A DNA stretch of 64,000 nucleotides from Eledone cirrhosa (GCA_964016885.1 OZ024758.1:8680001-8744000), one strand, 5' to 3'. Positions 32,415 to 46,400 are shown, counted from the stretch's first letter. Notes: a model not told the origin generated them from the letters alone. A program made the numbers and translations.

Positions 32415-32512
32415 TATATGCAGAGGTTATATATAATTTGTTGGGATACAACCGTTAAGCTTGTCTTTTTTCAGGGTATGTCAATATTTATTTATAAAAC
32501 TAATCTGTATTG

Positions 32513-32578
32513 TATTTTATCTGATGAAAGCGCACCATAATTTGCCTTGGTGGCCCTTGAAATATGTATAATAAAATA
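32513..32578 (+). ncRNA. Type I hammerhead ribozyme, family C
   Basis: tattttat-CTGATGA-aagcgcacca..tggtggccctt-GAAA-tatgta-TA-ataaaata. Confidence 0.72.
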
Positions 32579-32620
32579 AATATGGTTTTATAAATATAGT
32601 TTCCATTTGTTAATATATTG

Positions 32621-32745
<125 letters not shown>

Positions 32746-32771
32746 GAGCTGGACAGATCGGTGACCAAGGT

Positions 32772-32813
<42 letters not shown>

Positions 32814-32883
32814 ACCTTGGTCACCGATCTGTCCAGCTCGTTTGTCTGCCAGCATATCAGGAAAAAATTATTCACCTCGTATG

Positions 32884-32962
32884 TATTTTTGTCTGAAGAG
32901 GACATGTCTTGCTTTATGTTATACATAAAACTTTACATCTTCGAAATATATATAATAAAATA
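32884..32962 (+). ncRNA. Type I hammerhead ribozyme, family G (CTGAAGA core)
   Basis: tatttttgt-CTGAAGA-ggacatg..tttatg/cataaa..catcttc-GAAA-tatata-TA-ataaaata. Confidence 0.62.
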
Positions 32963-33039
32963 AATAGAGATGATATAAAGTATATATCTTTCCTTTATTA
33001 CTATTATTATTACTCACACACACTCACACACACTCACCT

Positions 33040-33073
<34 letters not shown>

Positions 33074-33097
33074 CTATATAGGTGTTTTAATATAGAT

Positions 33098-33150
33098 GAG
33101 ATTCTACAGGACTAGAACTGTTTCATTCTTTAGAAATCATCAGGAATCTC
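33098..33150 (-). ncRNA. Complete type I hammerhead ribozyme, family B
   Basis: Minus strand reads GAGATTC-CTGATGA-tTTCtaaaGAAt-GAAA-CAG ttctagtc CTG-TA-GAATCTC. All three stems pair and the cleavage triplet is GUA. Confidence 0.78.
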
Positions 33151-33174
33151 TGTTTATATATATATATATATATA

Positions 33175-33411
33175 TAACAGAGGAGTTGTGGTAAGGAACC
33201 AGATGGACCATAACGCACCAGAGTACTCAATACTTAGGGTAGTAGAGTGAGTAATAGGAGAAAGTATGACCCCCCGACGGCAGAGCTCAAGCCGCTTCGA
33301 CGGCTTATTTCTGAACTAAAGTATTTATTTATCAGACTAAAAAAACTCTTACTTTAGTCCAGAAATAGCCGTCGAAACGGCTTGAGCTCTGCCGTCGGGG
33401 TCATACTTTCT

Positions 33412-33414
<3 letters not shown>
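33175..33414. mobile_element. Family A fold-back element with longer central part
   Basis: Tailed minus copy and inverted tail-less copy. Confidence 0.82.
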
Positions 33415-33446
<32 letters not shown>

Positions 33447-33524
33447 CGTTTCTGAATTTGTTTAGCAAGATTCTTTATCTGAAATCGTGTGTTGAAACCG
33501 ATATTGTTATACTATTGTTATATA

Positions 33525-34020
33525 TATATAATGATATCGTTGTTACCGCACGCCTAATATATATTTATATAATGTTTGTCGAAAGAAATGGTCCAGAAAT
33601 AGCCGTCGAAACGGCTTGAGCTCTGCCGTCGGGGTCATACTTTCTCCTACACATATATATATATATATATAATGATATCGTTGTTACCGCACGCCTAATA
33701 TATATTTATATAATGTTTGTCGAAAGAAATGGTCCAGAAATAGCCGTCGAAACGGCTTGAGCTCTGCCGTCGGGGTCATACTTTCTCCTACACATATATA
33801 TATATATATATAATGATATCGTTGTTACCGCACGCCTAATATATATTTATATAATGTTTGTCGAAAGAAATGGTCCAGAAATAGCCGTCGAAACGGCTTG
33901 AGCTCTGCCGTCGGGGTCATACTTTCTCCTACACATATATATATATATATATATATAATGATATCGTTGTTACCGCACGCCTAATATATATTTATATAAT
34001 GTTTGTCGAAAGACATGGTC
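33525..34020. repeat. About 141-145 bp tandem repeat (about 3.5 copies) containing a family A fragment
   Basis: atgatatcgttgttaccgcacgcc recurs at 33531, 33672, 33813 and 33958. Confidence 0.92.
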
Positions 34021-34063
34021 CCCCCCCAGATGAACACACATACACAGTATCAGTTTTTATAAG

Positions 34064-34120
34064 ACATTCTATGGTATGCACAAATGTTCACGTGTAAATT
34101 AGAAGCAGACGACATGTCAG
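34064..34120 (+). CDS. Candidate coding exon (phase 1-1) of an unidentified gene: [19 protein letters not shown]
   Basis: Acceptor tttttataag, donor CAG/gtgaat, open frame, unique sequence. Confidence 0.4.
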
Positions 34121-34247
34121 GTGAATGGCCACTATGACAATAATAGGACACCATATTGTGTAGACTGTTGACAGACAGTAACCTTATGACTAGTGTCTCG
34201 TCCCCCTTGGTATATATATACATAGATATATAGATATATATATATGC

Positions 34248-34283
<36 letters not shown>

Positions 34284-34284
34284 G

Positions 34285-34327
<43 letters not shown>

Positions 34328-34384
34328 ATATATGTATATATATATATATGTATGTATATATATGTATATATATATATATATATG

Positions 34385-34421
<37 letters not shown>

Positions 34422-34899
34422 GCACACACACATATATATGCATATATATATACATATATATATATATATGTATGTATATATATGTATATTAAAAGACTCC
34501 CTGGTTAGCTCGTGTGTCAGATATTGCTCTTGTGTAGCCCTAGGTTAAATATGATACACCTGAACTATGATCAAATGTCATCCAACCGTAGCAGTCCGCC
34601 AGATTTTGCTCTTGTGTAGCCCTAGGTTAAATATGATCCACCTGAACTATGATCAAATGTCATCCGACCGTAGCAGTCCCGTTTATTCAGAAGATATGTT
34701 TCAATTATCAAATGGACTCATTCGTTATTTGGTGGAATTTTGAAAAGAAAAAACATTCAGCTACTATTTATATTTGGTCTGTGTTGTTAAGAAAACCTGG
34801 TATTAAACATTTTTACTAGATTCTATGTAGGCTAAGGGTTGAGTCAAGAAAATGAAATGTAAGAAAGTCTGTGTGTACCTACAGAAATATATAGATCGA

Positions 34900-35660
34900 T
34901 ATATATATACCTCGATATATACACCTCCATATATATACCTTGATATATATATCTCTATATATATAGCTCTATAAATATACCTTGATATATATATATACCT
35001 TGATATATATACCTCGATATATAAATACCTTGATATATATACCTCGATATATAAATACCTTGATATATATACCTCGATATATAAATACCTTGATATATAT
35101 ACCTCGATATATAAATACCTTGATATATATACCTCGATATATAAATACCTTGATATATATATACCTTGATATATATATATACCTCGATATATATATACCT
35201 CGATATATAAATACCTTGATATATATACCTTGATATATAAATACCTCGATATATAAATACCTTGATATATATATACCTTGATATATATACCTCGATATAT
35301 AAATACCTTGATATATATACCTTGATATATATACCTTGATATATATAAATACCTCGATATATATATACCTCGATATATATATATATATACCTTGATATAT
35401 ATACCTTGATATATATAAATACCTCGATATATATATACCTCGATATATATATATATACCGTGATATATATACCTTGATATATATAAATACCTCGATATAT
35501 ATATACCTCGATATATATATATACCTCGATATATATATATATACCTCGATATATATATATACCTCGATATATATACCTCCATATATATATATACCTCGAT
35601 ATATATACCTCGATATATATATATACCTTGATATATACCTTGATATATATACCCTGATAT
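34900..35660. repeat. Minisatellite of accttga/acctcga motifs spaced by short (TA)n
   Basis: Directly visible. The overlapping ORFs are artefacts. Confidence 0.92.
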
Positions 35661-35794
35661 ACATATATAGCTCCATTCATAAACATAATGTTTGAAGATG
35701 TACAAATATGATTGTATGTTTGTGTGTTCTGTGTGTGTGTATTGTATACAGCTTACATGTATATATATATATGTGTGTGTGTGTGTGTCTGTAT

Positions 35795-36031
<237 letters not shown>

Positions 36032-36162
36032 TATATATATATATATATAGAAGGTGTAGAAGGTTTAGTAAGTCCGAAGAAAGCAGGTGAGAGAACCAAT
36101 GTCAGCACTCGATGTAGAGCAGAGTGGTGTATATAATAAAAACAAAGTAGGGGTGTTACATA

Positions 36163-36196
<34 letters not shown>

Positions 36197-36268
36197 CAAA
36201 GGAATTGTGGTAAGGAACCAGATGGACCAAAACGCACCAGAGTACTCAATACTTAGGGTAGTAGAGTG

Positions 36269-36316
<48 letters not shown>

Positions 36317-36338
36317 CAAATATTTATAAAACATTTTG

Positions 36339-36400
36339 TATTTTATCTGATGATAGCGTACCAAAATATTTGGTACTCTTGAAATATATATAATAGAATA
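36339..36400 (+). ncRNA. Hammerhead ribozyme, diverged family C copy
   Basis: tattttat-CTGATGA-tagcgtaccaaa/tttggtactctt-GAAA-tatata-TA-atagaata. Stem II differs in sequence but still pairs. Confidence 0.6.
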
Positions 36401-36442
36401 AATATGGTTTTATAAATATAGTTACCATTTATTTAATATCAT

Positions 36443-36506
<64 letters not shown>

Positions 36507-36545
36507 ATTAAAGTTTACACATTTTAATTGTACACTTGTCCTTAG

Positions 36546-36604
36546 ATATCGGGGTCCTGTTATGGCTGCAACTCTATAAGGGAGTAGCCTCTCTAGAACT
36601 GGTC
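36546..36604 (+). CDS. Candidate coding exon (phase 1-0): DIGVLLWLQLYKGVASLELV
   Basis: Acceptor cttgtccttag, donor GTC/gtgagt, and only the phase-1 frame is open. Confidence 0.4.
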
Positions 36605-36739
36605 GTGAGTACATGTTAAGTGTATGACATTTTATATAAACTAAATAATATCTCTTTTACTAGATGAAGCCTTTTTTCCTTTGTCTTTTATCTACGGATA
36701 ACCTGCATATACATACATATATACATATATACATATATA

Positions 36740-36773
<34 letters not shown>

Positions 36774-36843
36774 CATATATACATATATATACATACATAC
36801 ATGCATATATACATATATACATATATACATACATACTCATACA

Positions 36844-36877
<34 letters not shown>

Positions 36878-36943
36878 CACATATACATACATACTCACAT
36901 ACATACATACATACATACATACATACATACATACATACATACA

Positions 36944-36977
<34 letters not shown>

Positions 36978-37153
36978 CATACATAGATACTCACAGACTC
37001 ATATATATATATTATTTGATTACATAATAAACAACACAATAAAATTATTCCATTACCAAAGGTTTCAGGAGTTTAGACAATCTTTACAGAAACGTCCAGC
37101 TCGTTCATCAGATTAAATAGTTCTGTTTTGGATATAAGATTTATATCTAGATT

Positions 37154-37193
<40 letters not shown>

Positions 37194-37347
37194 CATATAT
37201 ATATGAATAAATGCATGTATGTACATATACATATGCTTATGCATATGTATATACACCCTCATATAATTTGATATTTAAATAATATTTACATAAAGTTTAT
37301 ATCTAATAGTTATTTCTTACACACATGCATAGTCGGTGTGTGTGTAT

Positions 37348-37522
<175 letters not shown>

Positions 37523-37666
37523 TTCCCAGTTCAATCGGGGGTAGCCGCAGTTAGTAAGGTACTCAGTGCATTAATAGAGTGCAAACATCCAGTTTAACAT
37601 AAAAAAAAGGTTTCTACTGGACTAGAACTGTTTCATTTCAAAAGAAATCATCATCTATATATATAT

Positions 37667-37769
37667 AGGAAAATGTTTAACCCCGACGCCAGAGCTCAAG
37701 CCCTTTCGGCGGCTATTTCTGGACACTGGTGCGTTATGGTCCATCTGGTTCCTTACTACACTTCCTTCG

Positions 37770-37840
<71 letters not shown>

Positions 37841-38084
37841 AAAAATGTTAGATCCCGACGGCAGAGCTCAAGCCGTTTCGACAGCTATTTCTGGACTAAA
37901 TTAGAATTTTTAGCGTGGTAAATAAATAGCCGAACTTTTCAAGGGGGTATTTCCTTATATGGGAAGATTGTAGTTGTCAAGAGGATTGGGGTCTAACATT
38001 TTCCTATTACCCACTCTACAACCCTATGTATTGAGTACTCTGGTGCGTTATGGTCCATCTGGGTCCTTACCACACCCACTTCGT

Positions 38085-38120
<36 letters not shown>

Positions 38121-38177
38121 TATCGGCTATTTATTTACCACGCTAAAAATTCTAATTTAGTCCAGAAATAGCTGTCG

Positions 38178-38180
<3 letters not shown>
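37667..38180. mobile_element. Cluster of four family A fragments in alternating orientation
   Basis: Fragments at 37667-37772, 37838-37932, 37988-38085 and 38123-38180. Confidence 0.8.
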
Positions 38181-38224
<44 letters not shown>

Positions 38225-38814
38225 ATAACAACAGATTAAAGTTTAAACAAAGAAGCGCTGCTTTCACCCTTAACGGGATCTTCTGTAACACTATATATAT
38301 ATATATAAATGATATAAATGAAAATATAGAAATTATTGTGAGCAAGTAGCCAACAGTATTTCATAATATATAAGTGACTCTAACGTCAACATGGAAAATA
38401 ATTAACGGGAAATAATTATTATTGAGAAAATAATTTAAACTCAATTCAAAAAAAAAATAAATCAAGACAGAGATTTTATCCACAGATTTTGTGAAATCCA
38501 GGGATAAAACCAATCGAGTCTTAACTCAGAATCAAATAAAGCTTAAATACTCATCCTTCAATTTGGAAAAACTACAAATGCTCTAAATAGTCTTAAAAAG
38601 ACTATTTCACGAAACTTTTCAGTGGGGATGTATGTATGATATGTGTGTATGTCCCAAAAGCAGGTGGTGTGACATAATTCATTAATAGCATCCAAATAAC
38701 TAGAGTGTATTCTCTCATGTCGACCTGAAGTGCAGCTCTTTATCACACTGTTTATACTAACAGATTGATCTCTACTAAACCTATTCATTGTACTTATCTT
38801 TTGTTGATATATCC

Positions 38815-38875
<61 letters not shown>

Positions 38876-39091
38876 TCTCTCTCCCTCCCTCTCTCTCTTT
38901 TTCTCTCACTCTCTTTATATCTATCTCTCTCTATATATATATATAGGAAAATGTTAGACCCCGACGGCAGAGCTCAAGCCGTTTCGACGGCTATTTCTGG
39001 ACTGAAAATCAGTTAAAACGCCACATTCCCCAAGGATGAGATCATCATTTATTGCATAACACGTGTTTCTTTGTATGTTTTAAATAATTGG

Positions 39092-39662
<571 letters not shown>

Positions 39663-39663
39663 A

Positions 39664-39734
<71 letters not shown>

Positions 39735-39771
39735 TTTTTAAAATCCACTGTCAATAAATACACCAGGAATT

Positions 39772-39832
39772 TTTCATTCTGATGACTGAAAGCAAATTTT
39801 GCTTGCTTTCAAGAAACCACTGGTAAATGAAA
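39772..39832 (+). ncRNA. Type I hammerhead ribozyme, family H
   Basis: TTTCATT-CTGATGA-cTGAAAGCAA attttgc TTGCTTTCAa-GAAA-CCA c TGG-TA-AATGAAA. A 3' part also occurs at about 31156-31200. Confidence 0.75.
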
Positions 39833-39931
39833 TAATTGTCTTATGTTGTTTATTACATAACTATATATATATATAAATTTTGCCTGGACAAGTAATCAGT
39901 ATGTATACATTTGGGTGGGGGCGGGGACACC

Positions 39932-39989
<58 letters not shown>

Positions 39990-40212
39990 CAACACAGTAA
40001 AGTGAAGAAATATATTAGTTTAACGCATGATATAGTAGGGAAAACGTTTACGTTTCGGACGCTACCCCTTCACCAGAAGATAGAATGAGAAACAAAAGAC
40101 GAAATAGAGCGGGGAGTGGAAGGAACGGAATAACATATTTTGAGAAAAAGCACGTGTATATTCTGTCAGCCATTTTGGAGAGAAACAATCTGTGTGGTGT
40201 GTGTGCGCGCGC

Positions 40213-40243
<31 letters not shown>

Positions 40244-40402
40244 TATGTGTTTGTGTGTGTGTGCGTGTGTGTGTGTGTGGATAGAAACGGAGTCTCGCTG
40301 GTATGTGTGGACATTTCCACTCAACAGCGATTATCCTCGCAATTTCACGACCGTCACTTCCTTTAGAGTTACCCATTGAAGCAAGCAACGGAAATAACTC
40401 CC

Positions 40403-40540
40403 ATAATTGTTTCTACTATTGGCACAAGGCCAGCAATCACCCAGTACATTACTGGTACTTTATTTTATCGACCCCGTAAGGATGAAAGGCAAAGTTAACC
40501 TTGGCGGGATTTGAAATCAGACCATAAAGGGCCGTAACTC
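40403..40540 (-). mobile_element. 5'-truncated SINE with 13-bp target-site duplication
   Basis: taactcccataat at 40395-40407 and 40535-40547. Confidence 0.88.
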
Positions 40541-40571
40541 CCATAATGCGGGCTAATTTTGCCTTTTTCAG

Positions 40572-40702
40572 ACAAAGCAGTGTTAATGGATATTGACTGT
40601 GAGCCTCGGTTAAAGCAACGAACATGGTTCGATCTTAGTAGGTCTCCTCATCGAAGCTTAGTTACTTTACAGATTGGCCAGGCTACAGATGGTCGTATAA
40701 AG
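40572..40702 (+). CDS. Candidate coding exon (phase 1-0): xKAVLMDIDCEPRLKQRTWFDLSRSPHRSLVTLQIGQATDGRIK
   Basis: Branch-like ctaat, polypyrimidine tract and tttcag acceptor, donor AAG/gtatat, one open frame, non-repetitive. Confidence 0.62.
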
Positions 40703-40811
40703 GTATATCTACTTATATATATGTGCGTATGCATACATGTATGTATGTATTTACGTATATGAATGTATGTACATATGTATGCACGTATAAATATTTACGC
40801 ATGTATATGTA

Positions 40812-40860
<49 letters not shown>

Positions 40861-40937
40861 CATTAAAATAACAAAAGAGAAAAAAGGAGACAGAGAGACA
40901 GACAAATAGATAGATGGATAGATAAATAGATAGATAA

Positions 40938-40980
<43 letters not shown>

Positions 40981-41169
40981 CCTGAACGTACGGAGATATG
41001 TATGAATCTATAGATCCCACTCCCACCCCGTGACTCCGGGGTGTATATGATACACGTGCAATGTTATCTCACTGCAAGCAGTGTATTTGATGTTTTATAT
41101 TAATTAGATAATGTTATTGATGTGTTGAGACTGTGGTTTGTTATATCGTGCTATTACTAAGTTCCTCAG

Positions 41170-41285
41170 GCTATTGTGTCTGCTGAGCTATATATTTTAT
41201 ATTATATGATGTTTTCCAGCTTCAGGCATGTGTCTGGTGAGATATATCACCAAATGCATACCCTGCAGTGGAATAACATTAGACG
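41170..41285 (+). CDS. Candidate coding exon (phase 0-2): AIVSAELYILYYMMFSSFRHVSGEIYHQMHTLQWNNIR (alternative acceptor at 41220)
   Basis: Acceptor ttcctcag, donor ACG/gtaata, phase-compatible with both neighbouring exons. Confidence 0.5.
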
Positions 41286-41335
41286 GTAATAATTACGAGA
41301 TACAGTACATATATATGTATATTTGAATACACGTT

Positions 41336-41377
<42 letters not shown>

Positions 41378-41382
<5 letters not shown>

Positions 41383-41530
41383 ATACTTGGGGAGGGTCAT
41401 ATTTGTGTAATATTGCCAGAAGTAATAACAGAACACACCCATTAATTCTGGCAATATTACACAAATATGACCCTCCTCAAGTATAGCAATATTTGTTTCG
41501 ACACACGATTTCATATAAAAAACCTCGCTA

Positions 41531-41532
<2 letters not shown>
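41378..41532. mobile_element. Fold-back repeat (about 44-bp arms) of a further (TA)n-embedded family
   Basis: tacttggggagggtcatatttgtgtaatattgccagaa / ttctggcaatattacacaaatatgaccctcctcaagta. A related sequence lies at about 33460-33512. Confidence 0.6.
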
Positions 41533-41573
<41 letters not shown>

Positions 41574-41745
41574 GAGAAGAAAGAAGAATACTGCGTGGTT
41601 GCACATGGGTTACATATGATAAAAATAGTCCTTCGTCAGTGATTTTCCAACCATCATTGATATTTCATCGCATTAAAAATCATATACCTCAGGTTGGTGC
41701 GAGCAATAGCTAAATAAAGCTATTGGGACAAGTAAATCGCGTATA

Positions 41746-41784
<39 letters not shown>

Positions 41785-42008
41785 CAAGGAAACAACAGAG
41801 GTACAAAAAGTCTTATTAGTTTCACGCTTTATATGGAAAAGGGGAAAGAAAGTTCGACGTATCGGGTCGTAGCCCTTCTTCGGGAATACAAAAATAGAGA
41901 CAGGATCTCAAGGGATAGATAGAGAAAATCTAAAGTAGTCCGAGTAAAGTAAAGAAAAAACGAATATAAAGAGAGTAAACTGGAAAAACCGTTAGGTAGA
42001 CTTGATAA

Positions 42009-42066
<58 letters not shown>

Positions 42067-42250
42067 TGGTAAACGGAATAGAAAATCCTGACAAATTGTT
42101 CACAGTGAGAAATAGTTTAATTAGGAATAAGTGAGAATTAGTAATTGTATTGGTTAGTATTCAGTTTTGGTTTTAAGTTTTACCGGTTGCGCATTTCTAA
42201 TGCTTTTCAAAAATAATTTTGAGATAGAGCGTCCGTGATGTTTGCTCTGA

Positions 42251-42289
<39 letters not shown>

Positions 42290-42291
<2 letters not shown>

Positions 42292-42605
42292 TCAATGAAA
42301 AAAGAGTTCTTATATTTAACACTTTAACAGATCCCAATCTCTCAACGGTATACATTTATCCGGAGTATTATTATAATAACAATAGTAATAAACGAAAGAT
42401 GTATACTTTATATCATCTCTATTTATTTTATTATACATATTTTGAAGATGTAAAGTTTTATGTATAACAAAAACCAAAACAAAATTCTACATCTCATGTA
42501 TTTTGTCTGAAGAAGACGTGCTTTCGTTTATGTTATACATAAAACTTTGCATCTTCGAAATATATATAATAAAATAGAGATGATATAAAGTATATATCTT
42601 TCGTT
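42290..42605. mobile_element. Family G fold-back element, HHR on plus strand 42498-42576
   Basis: Minus tailed partial copy at 42290-42470 is inverted relative to the plus copy carrying CTGAAGA...GAAAtatataTAataaaata. Confidence 0.7.
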
Positions 42606-42610
42606 AATTA

Positions 42611-42656
<46 letters not shown>

Positions 42657-43108
42657 TAGGACTGTTAATTGGCTTAATTTAAGTACAAATAAAAAAACAT
42701 CAATCAACTCTATCCCTGAAGTAAAGTTAATCCATAGTCTACACTCAACATTGCTCATGAAATACATAGTACTCTGGAAATATATATTGACTTCATATGG
42801 GTTCGCATGGGTTTATTTGTTTATGGTATGTGTGCATGTATGTATGTATGTATGTATGTATGTATGTATGTATGTATGTATGTATGTATGTATGTATGTA
42901 TGTGTGTGTATGTATGAATATATGTATGTATGCATGCATGTATGAGTGTATGAATAAATGTATGCATACCTATATATGTATATATGTATGTATGCATGCA
43001 TGCATGTATGTATGCATGCATGCATGCATGTATGTATGTATGTATATATGTTTTTATGTATGAATGAATGTATGTATGTATGCATGCATGTACGTGTATG
43101 TATGTATG

Positions 43109-43142
<34 letters not shown>

Positions 43143-43668
43143 TGTATGTATGTTCTTCTGGTTTTATAATTCACAAATGTTTACCAATAGAGAGAGAGTC
43201 GGTTTCTAACATAGACACAAGATTCTCTCATTGGAATTTACACGTCAACTAGGTAGATATGCATGCATGTGTGCATGCATGCATACATGTGTGTGCATGT
43301 GTGTGCATGTGTGTGCAGGTATGGATGTTATTGTATGTGTGGATGTGGATGTTTTGAGTTGTATGTGTGTATGTGTATATGCTTTGTATCTGTACAAGTG
43401 TATATGCAGTTATTAGATGCAGAATTTTTTGGAATGTTTTACATATTCTTACTGTTCCATTAATGGATTGTACTTGTAATTTCCTATGTATGTATGTGTG
43501 TGTATATATGTATATATGTATGTATGTATGTATGTATATAATTATATATGAATGTATGTATGTATGTGTGTGTGTATGTATGTATATATATATATATATA
43601 ATTATAATTATATATGAATGTATGTATGTATGTATGTGTGTATGTATGTATATATATAGAATTATAAT

Positions 43669-43766
<98 letters not shown>

Positions 43767-43926
43767 TGTATGTGTATGGTCGTAGACACCACATGAAGCG
43801 AGTTAAAAACAAGATGGCAGAAGTGCAATCAAAGGTTCTGGCACTACACGACTCTTTATAATTGAAATAAATTCTACTAATAAGAAATAAGAGAAAAATA
43901 AATATATTAGTTTTTGTTTGATCTTA

Positions 43927-44080
43927 AAGGCGGTGAATTGGCAGAGTGGTAAGACCCCCGGATAGAATACTCTACAGCATTACGACTCTCTGCTCTCTGA
44001 GTTCAAATCCAGCTATGTTCAACTTTACGTTTCATCAATTTAAGGTCGATAAAAAAAGTACCATTTTAATACTGGGTTTG
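43927..44080 (+). mobile_element. tRNA-derived SINE, diverged
   Basis: ggcggtgaattggcaga...gagttcaaatcc...core. Confidence 0.8.
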
Positions 44081-44487
44081 ATTCTTCCTTAATATCTCTT
44101 TCTCACTTCCTTTCTCTCTCTCTCCATCCTTCTCTGGAAGAAATCTACTGTATTCAGATCAGGAGAAGAGATGGGCTCCTCGGGTTTTAAAATGACCAAG
44201 AAACCCCACGTGTCAATATGGCGTCCCTGCGACTCTCGGGTGAGTTATGGGTCCGTATACACAGGATCATATAAAGCTCGAATTCGTACACGATGTAATT
44301 ATTTCAGTTTCTAAACAACTCGGATCCAATCACTTACAGAAACTATTAGAATTAGTGTGTGTGTGTGTGTGTGTGAGTGGATGCTAAATTATGTGTAGGT
44401 ATATGCAGTTATTATGATATGTGCAGAATTTCTGAAATATTTTACATATTTTTACAGTTCCACTGTACTTCAAACAATCTGTGTGTG

Positions 44488-44535
<48 letters not shown>

Positions 44536-44642
44536 AGATGAGTGGCTCGAGCAACGTGAAGTTTAATATACATACATACATACATACATACATACATACA
44601 TACATACATACATACATACATACATACCGACATTTCCTGTAG

Positions 44643-44810
44643 AGGTGCTCAGTTTATGGAAAGCAAGCGAAGGACAGAATTCCTACAGCCTCCATTAAAA
44701 CTGGTCTTTGTGTACAATTTAAGACAATCCAGAACCTGTCTTTCAGCCAATTTAGTGAAAGAGGCACGTTTCGGTCTTAACAGATTTCTTCAGCGAAGCA
44801 TATTCATTTA
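44643..44810 (+). CDS. Candidate coding exon (phase 2-2): GAQFMESKRRTEFLQPPLKLVFVYNLRQSRTCLSANLVKEARFGLNRFLQRSIFI
   Basis: Acceptor atttcctgtag, canonical donor /gtaagt, 168 nt. Only phase 2 is fully open, matching the phase-2 end at 41285. Confidence 0.62.
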
Positions 44811-44944
44811 GTAAGTTTGGCTTGGCTAAAAATGGCCATACACGGGTGATGCTAGAACTGTGAAATCTTGAATCCATTAATTTCAACTCTTCTTATTAAT
44901 AACTGCATTGTTTCTTTCCGGTGATTATGCTAATAAATAAACTT

Positions 44945-45400
44945 TCTTCTTCTTCTTCGCCCATTTATTCCAAAGAGGGTCGTGGCGTCAGAGTCCTCAA
45001 GCACTCCTTCCAACGGGTCCTGTCAGAAACGACCGTCTCCAACTGGTCCAGCTGGATCCCCAAGCTCATGGTCTACCCCTGGATCTACCTCTGGATCTCC
45101 TGTTAGTTGGTTTTTGCCCGTAAAATCTGTCCGGCGATTCTTTCCTGAGACATTCTAATCACATCCCCATAGTATCGGAGCTGCGATCTCTCAATTCGGA
45201 GAATTAGCAGCTCTACCTGGAGTGACTCTCTATCGAGTAACCTTACTCTAAATATCCTTAGGGGGAACCCCTTTCGGTCGCTTATATTCGCGATCGTATT
45301 CTTTCATGACCATAGGTAAGGGTTGACTCGAATACCGAATTGAAGATAACGAGTTTGGCTTTTACACCTACCTCCCTTCTAGTTACTGAATGTTGAAGCT
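44945..45400 (-). mobile_element. RTE-clade LINE 3' fragment with (GAA)n tail
   Basis: Minus translation RESLQVELLILRIERSQLRYYGDVIRMSQERIA...RGRP, with frameshifts and deletions. Confidence 0.82.
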
Positions 45401-45597
45401 GGCGCATCACTTATTCTATGACAGTGTCTTGGTTAGCCTATGAACTTTTCAGCTAATCACCTTTTCAGCCGATCCTTGAAATTGAGCAATAAGCAGTTAT
45501 GTTTCTTATTTTTATTGCTAATCATATTATGCAATGTAGAAATAACTAGGATAAAGTGACCCCAATTCTCCGTTGGGAGAAATGTGTGCCATTTGTT

Positions 45598-45705
45598 ATT
45601 AATTGTTTCTACTTTTGTCACAAGGGCAGCAATTACACCAGTGTATTACTGGTGTTTTATTTTATCGACCCCGTAAGGATGAAAGGTAAAGTTAACCTCG
45701 GCAGA
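45598..45705 (-). mobile_element. SINE fragment
   Basis: Reverse-complement core and tail. Confidence 0.85.
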
Positions 45706-45789
45706 ATGCACCTAGAAATACATTCTACTGCCAACATTTTTATATAAATCAGTATTGAAAGGAATAACGTATGGAGTCCTTCCTAGAAA

Positions 45790-46155
45790 CATACCACGAC
45801 CCACACTAGAGAAAGGTTACTATGTTCTATACCATGGTAACGTGTGAAATCCTCCCTAGAAACATCACGACCTTCACTAGAGAAATGTGACTATGTTCTA
45901 TACCATGGTAATATACCATGACCCTCACGAGAGAATTGTTACTATGTTCTATACCATGGTAATATACCACGACCCTCACGAGGGAAAGGTTACTATGTTC
46001 TATAACATGGTAATATACCACGAGCCTCACGAGAGAAATTTTACTATGTTCTATACCATGGTAACATACCACGACCCTCACGAGGGAAAGGTTGCTATGT
46101 TCTATACCATGGTAATATACCACGACCCTCACGAGGGAAAGGTTGCTATGTTCTA
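45790..46155. repeat. 51-bp minisatellite (about 7 copies)
   Basis: Unit ctatgttctataccatggtaatataccacgaccctcacgagggaaaggtta, period 51. Confidence 0.93.
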
Positions 46156-46167
46156 TGGCCTGACAAG

Positions 46168-46400
46168 TATCTACTTTATATCCATGTAGGAGAACCCCTA
46201 CCAATGGGCTGAACGAGTGACTTTTTAGTCCAGCCAGCGACTTGAAAACTCTGGTACAAACACTACACCTGTGACAATTACTGACACATAGTGCTGGGCC
46301 CATGGTACCATGTGACGACAACTGCAGAGAGATCTCCAGATATAAAGCAATGCCTGTGCCGTGAAGCTTTTATAGTGAGCAAAGGCACTGCACAAAGCCA
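46168..46400 (-). mobile_element. Fragment of the non-autonomous RTE element
   Basis: Matches about 9592-9823. Confidence 0.82.

Noticed and set aside
34519-34679. About 81-bp direct duplication (likewise 4870-5105 x3 and 63326/63428)
   Set aside because: Ordinary local tandem duplications with no further structure.
40330-40391. Possible exon after the acceptor ctcaacag
   Set aside because: There is no convincing GT donor in the open frame (it ends G/gaaata).
44762-44798. Minus-strand CTGAAGA...GAAA hammerhead-like motif
   Set aside because: The cleavage position is G, stem I does not pair, and it lies inside a candidate coding exon.
45827-46321. 17-aa repeat ORFs on both strands
   Set aside because: A 51-bp tandem unit (a multiple of 3) fused to an RTE fragment, with no splice or homology support.
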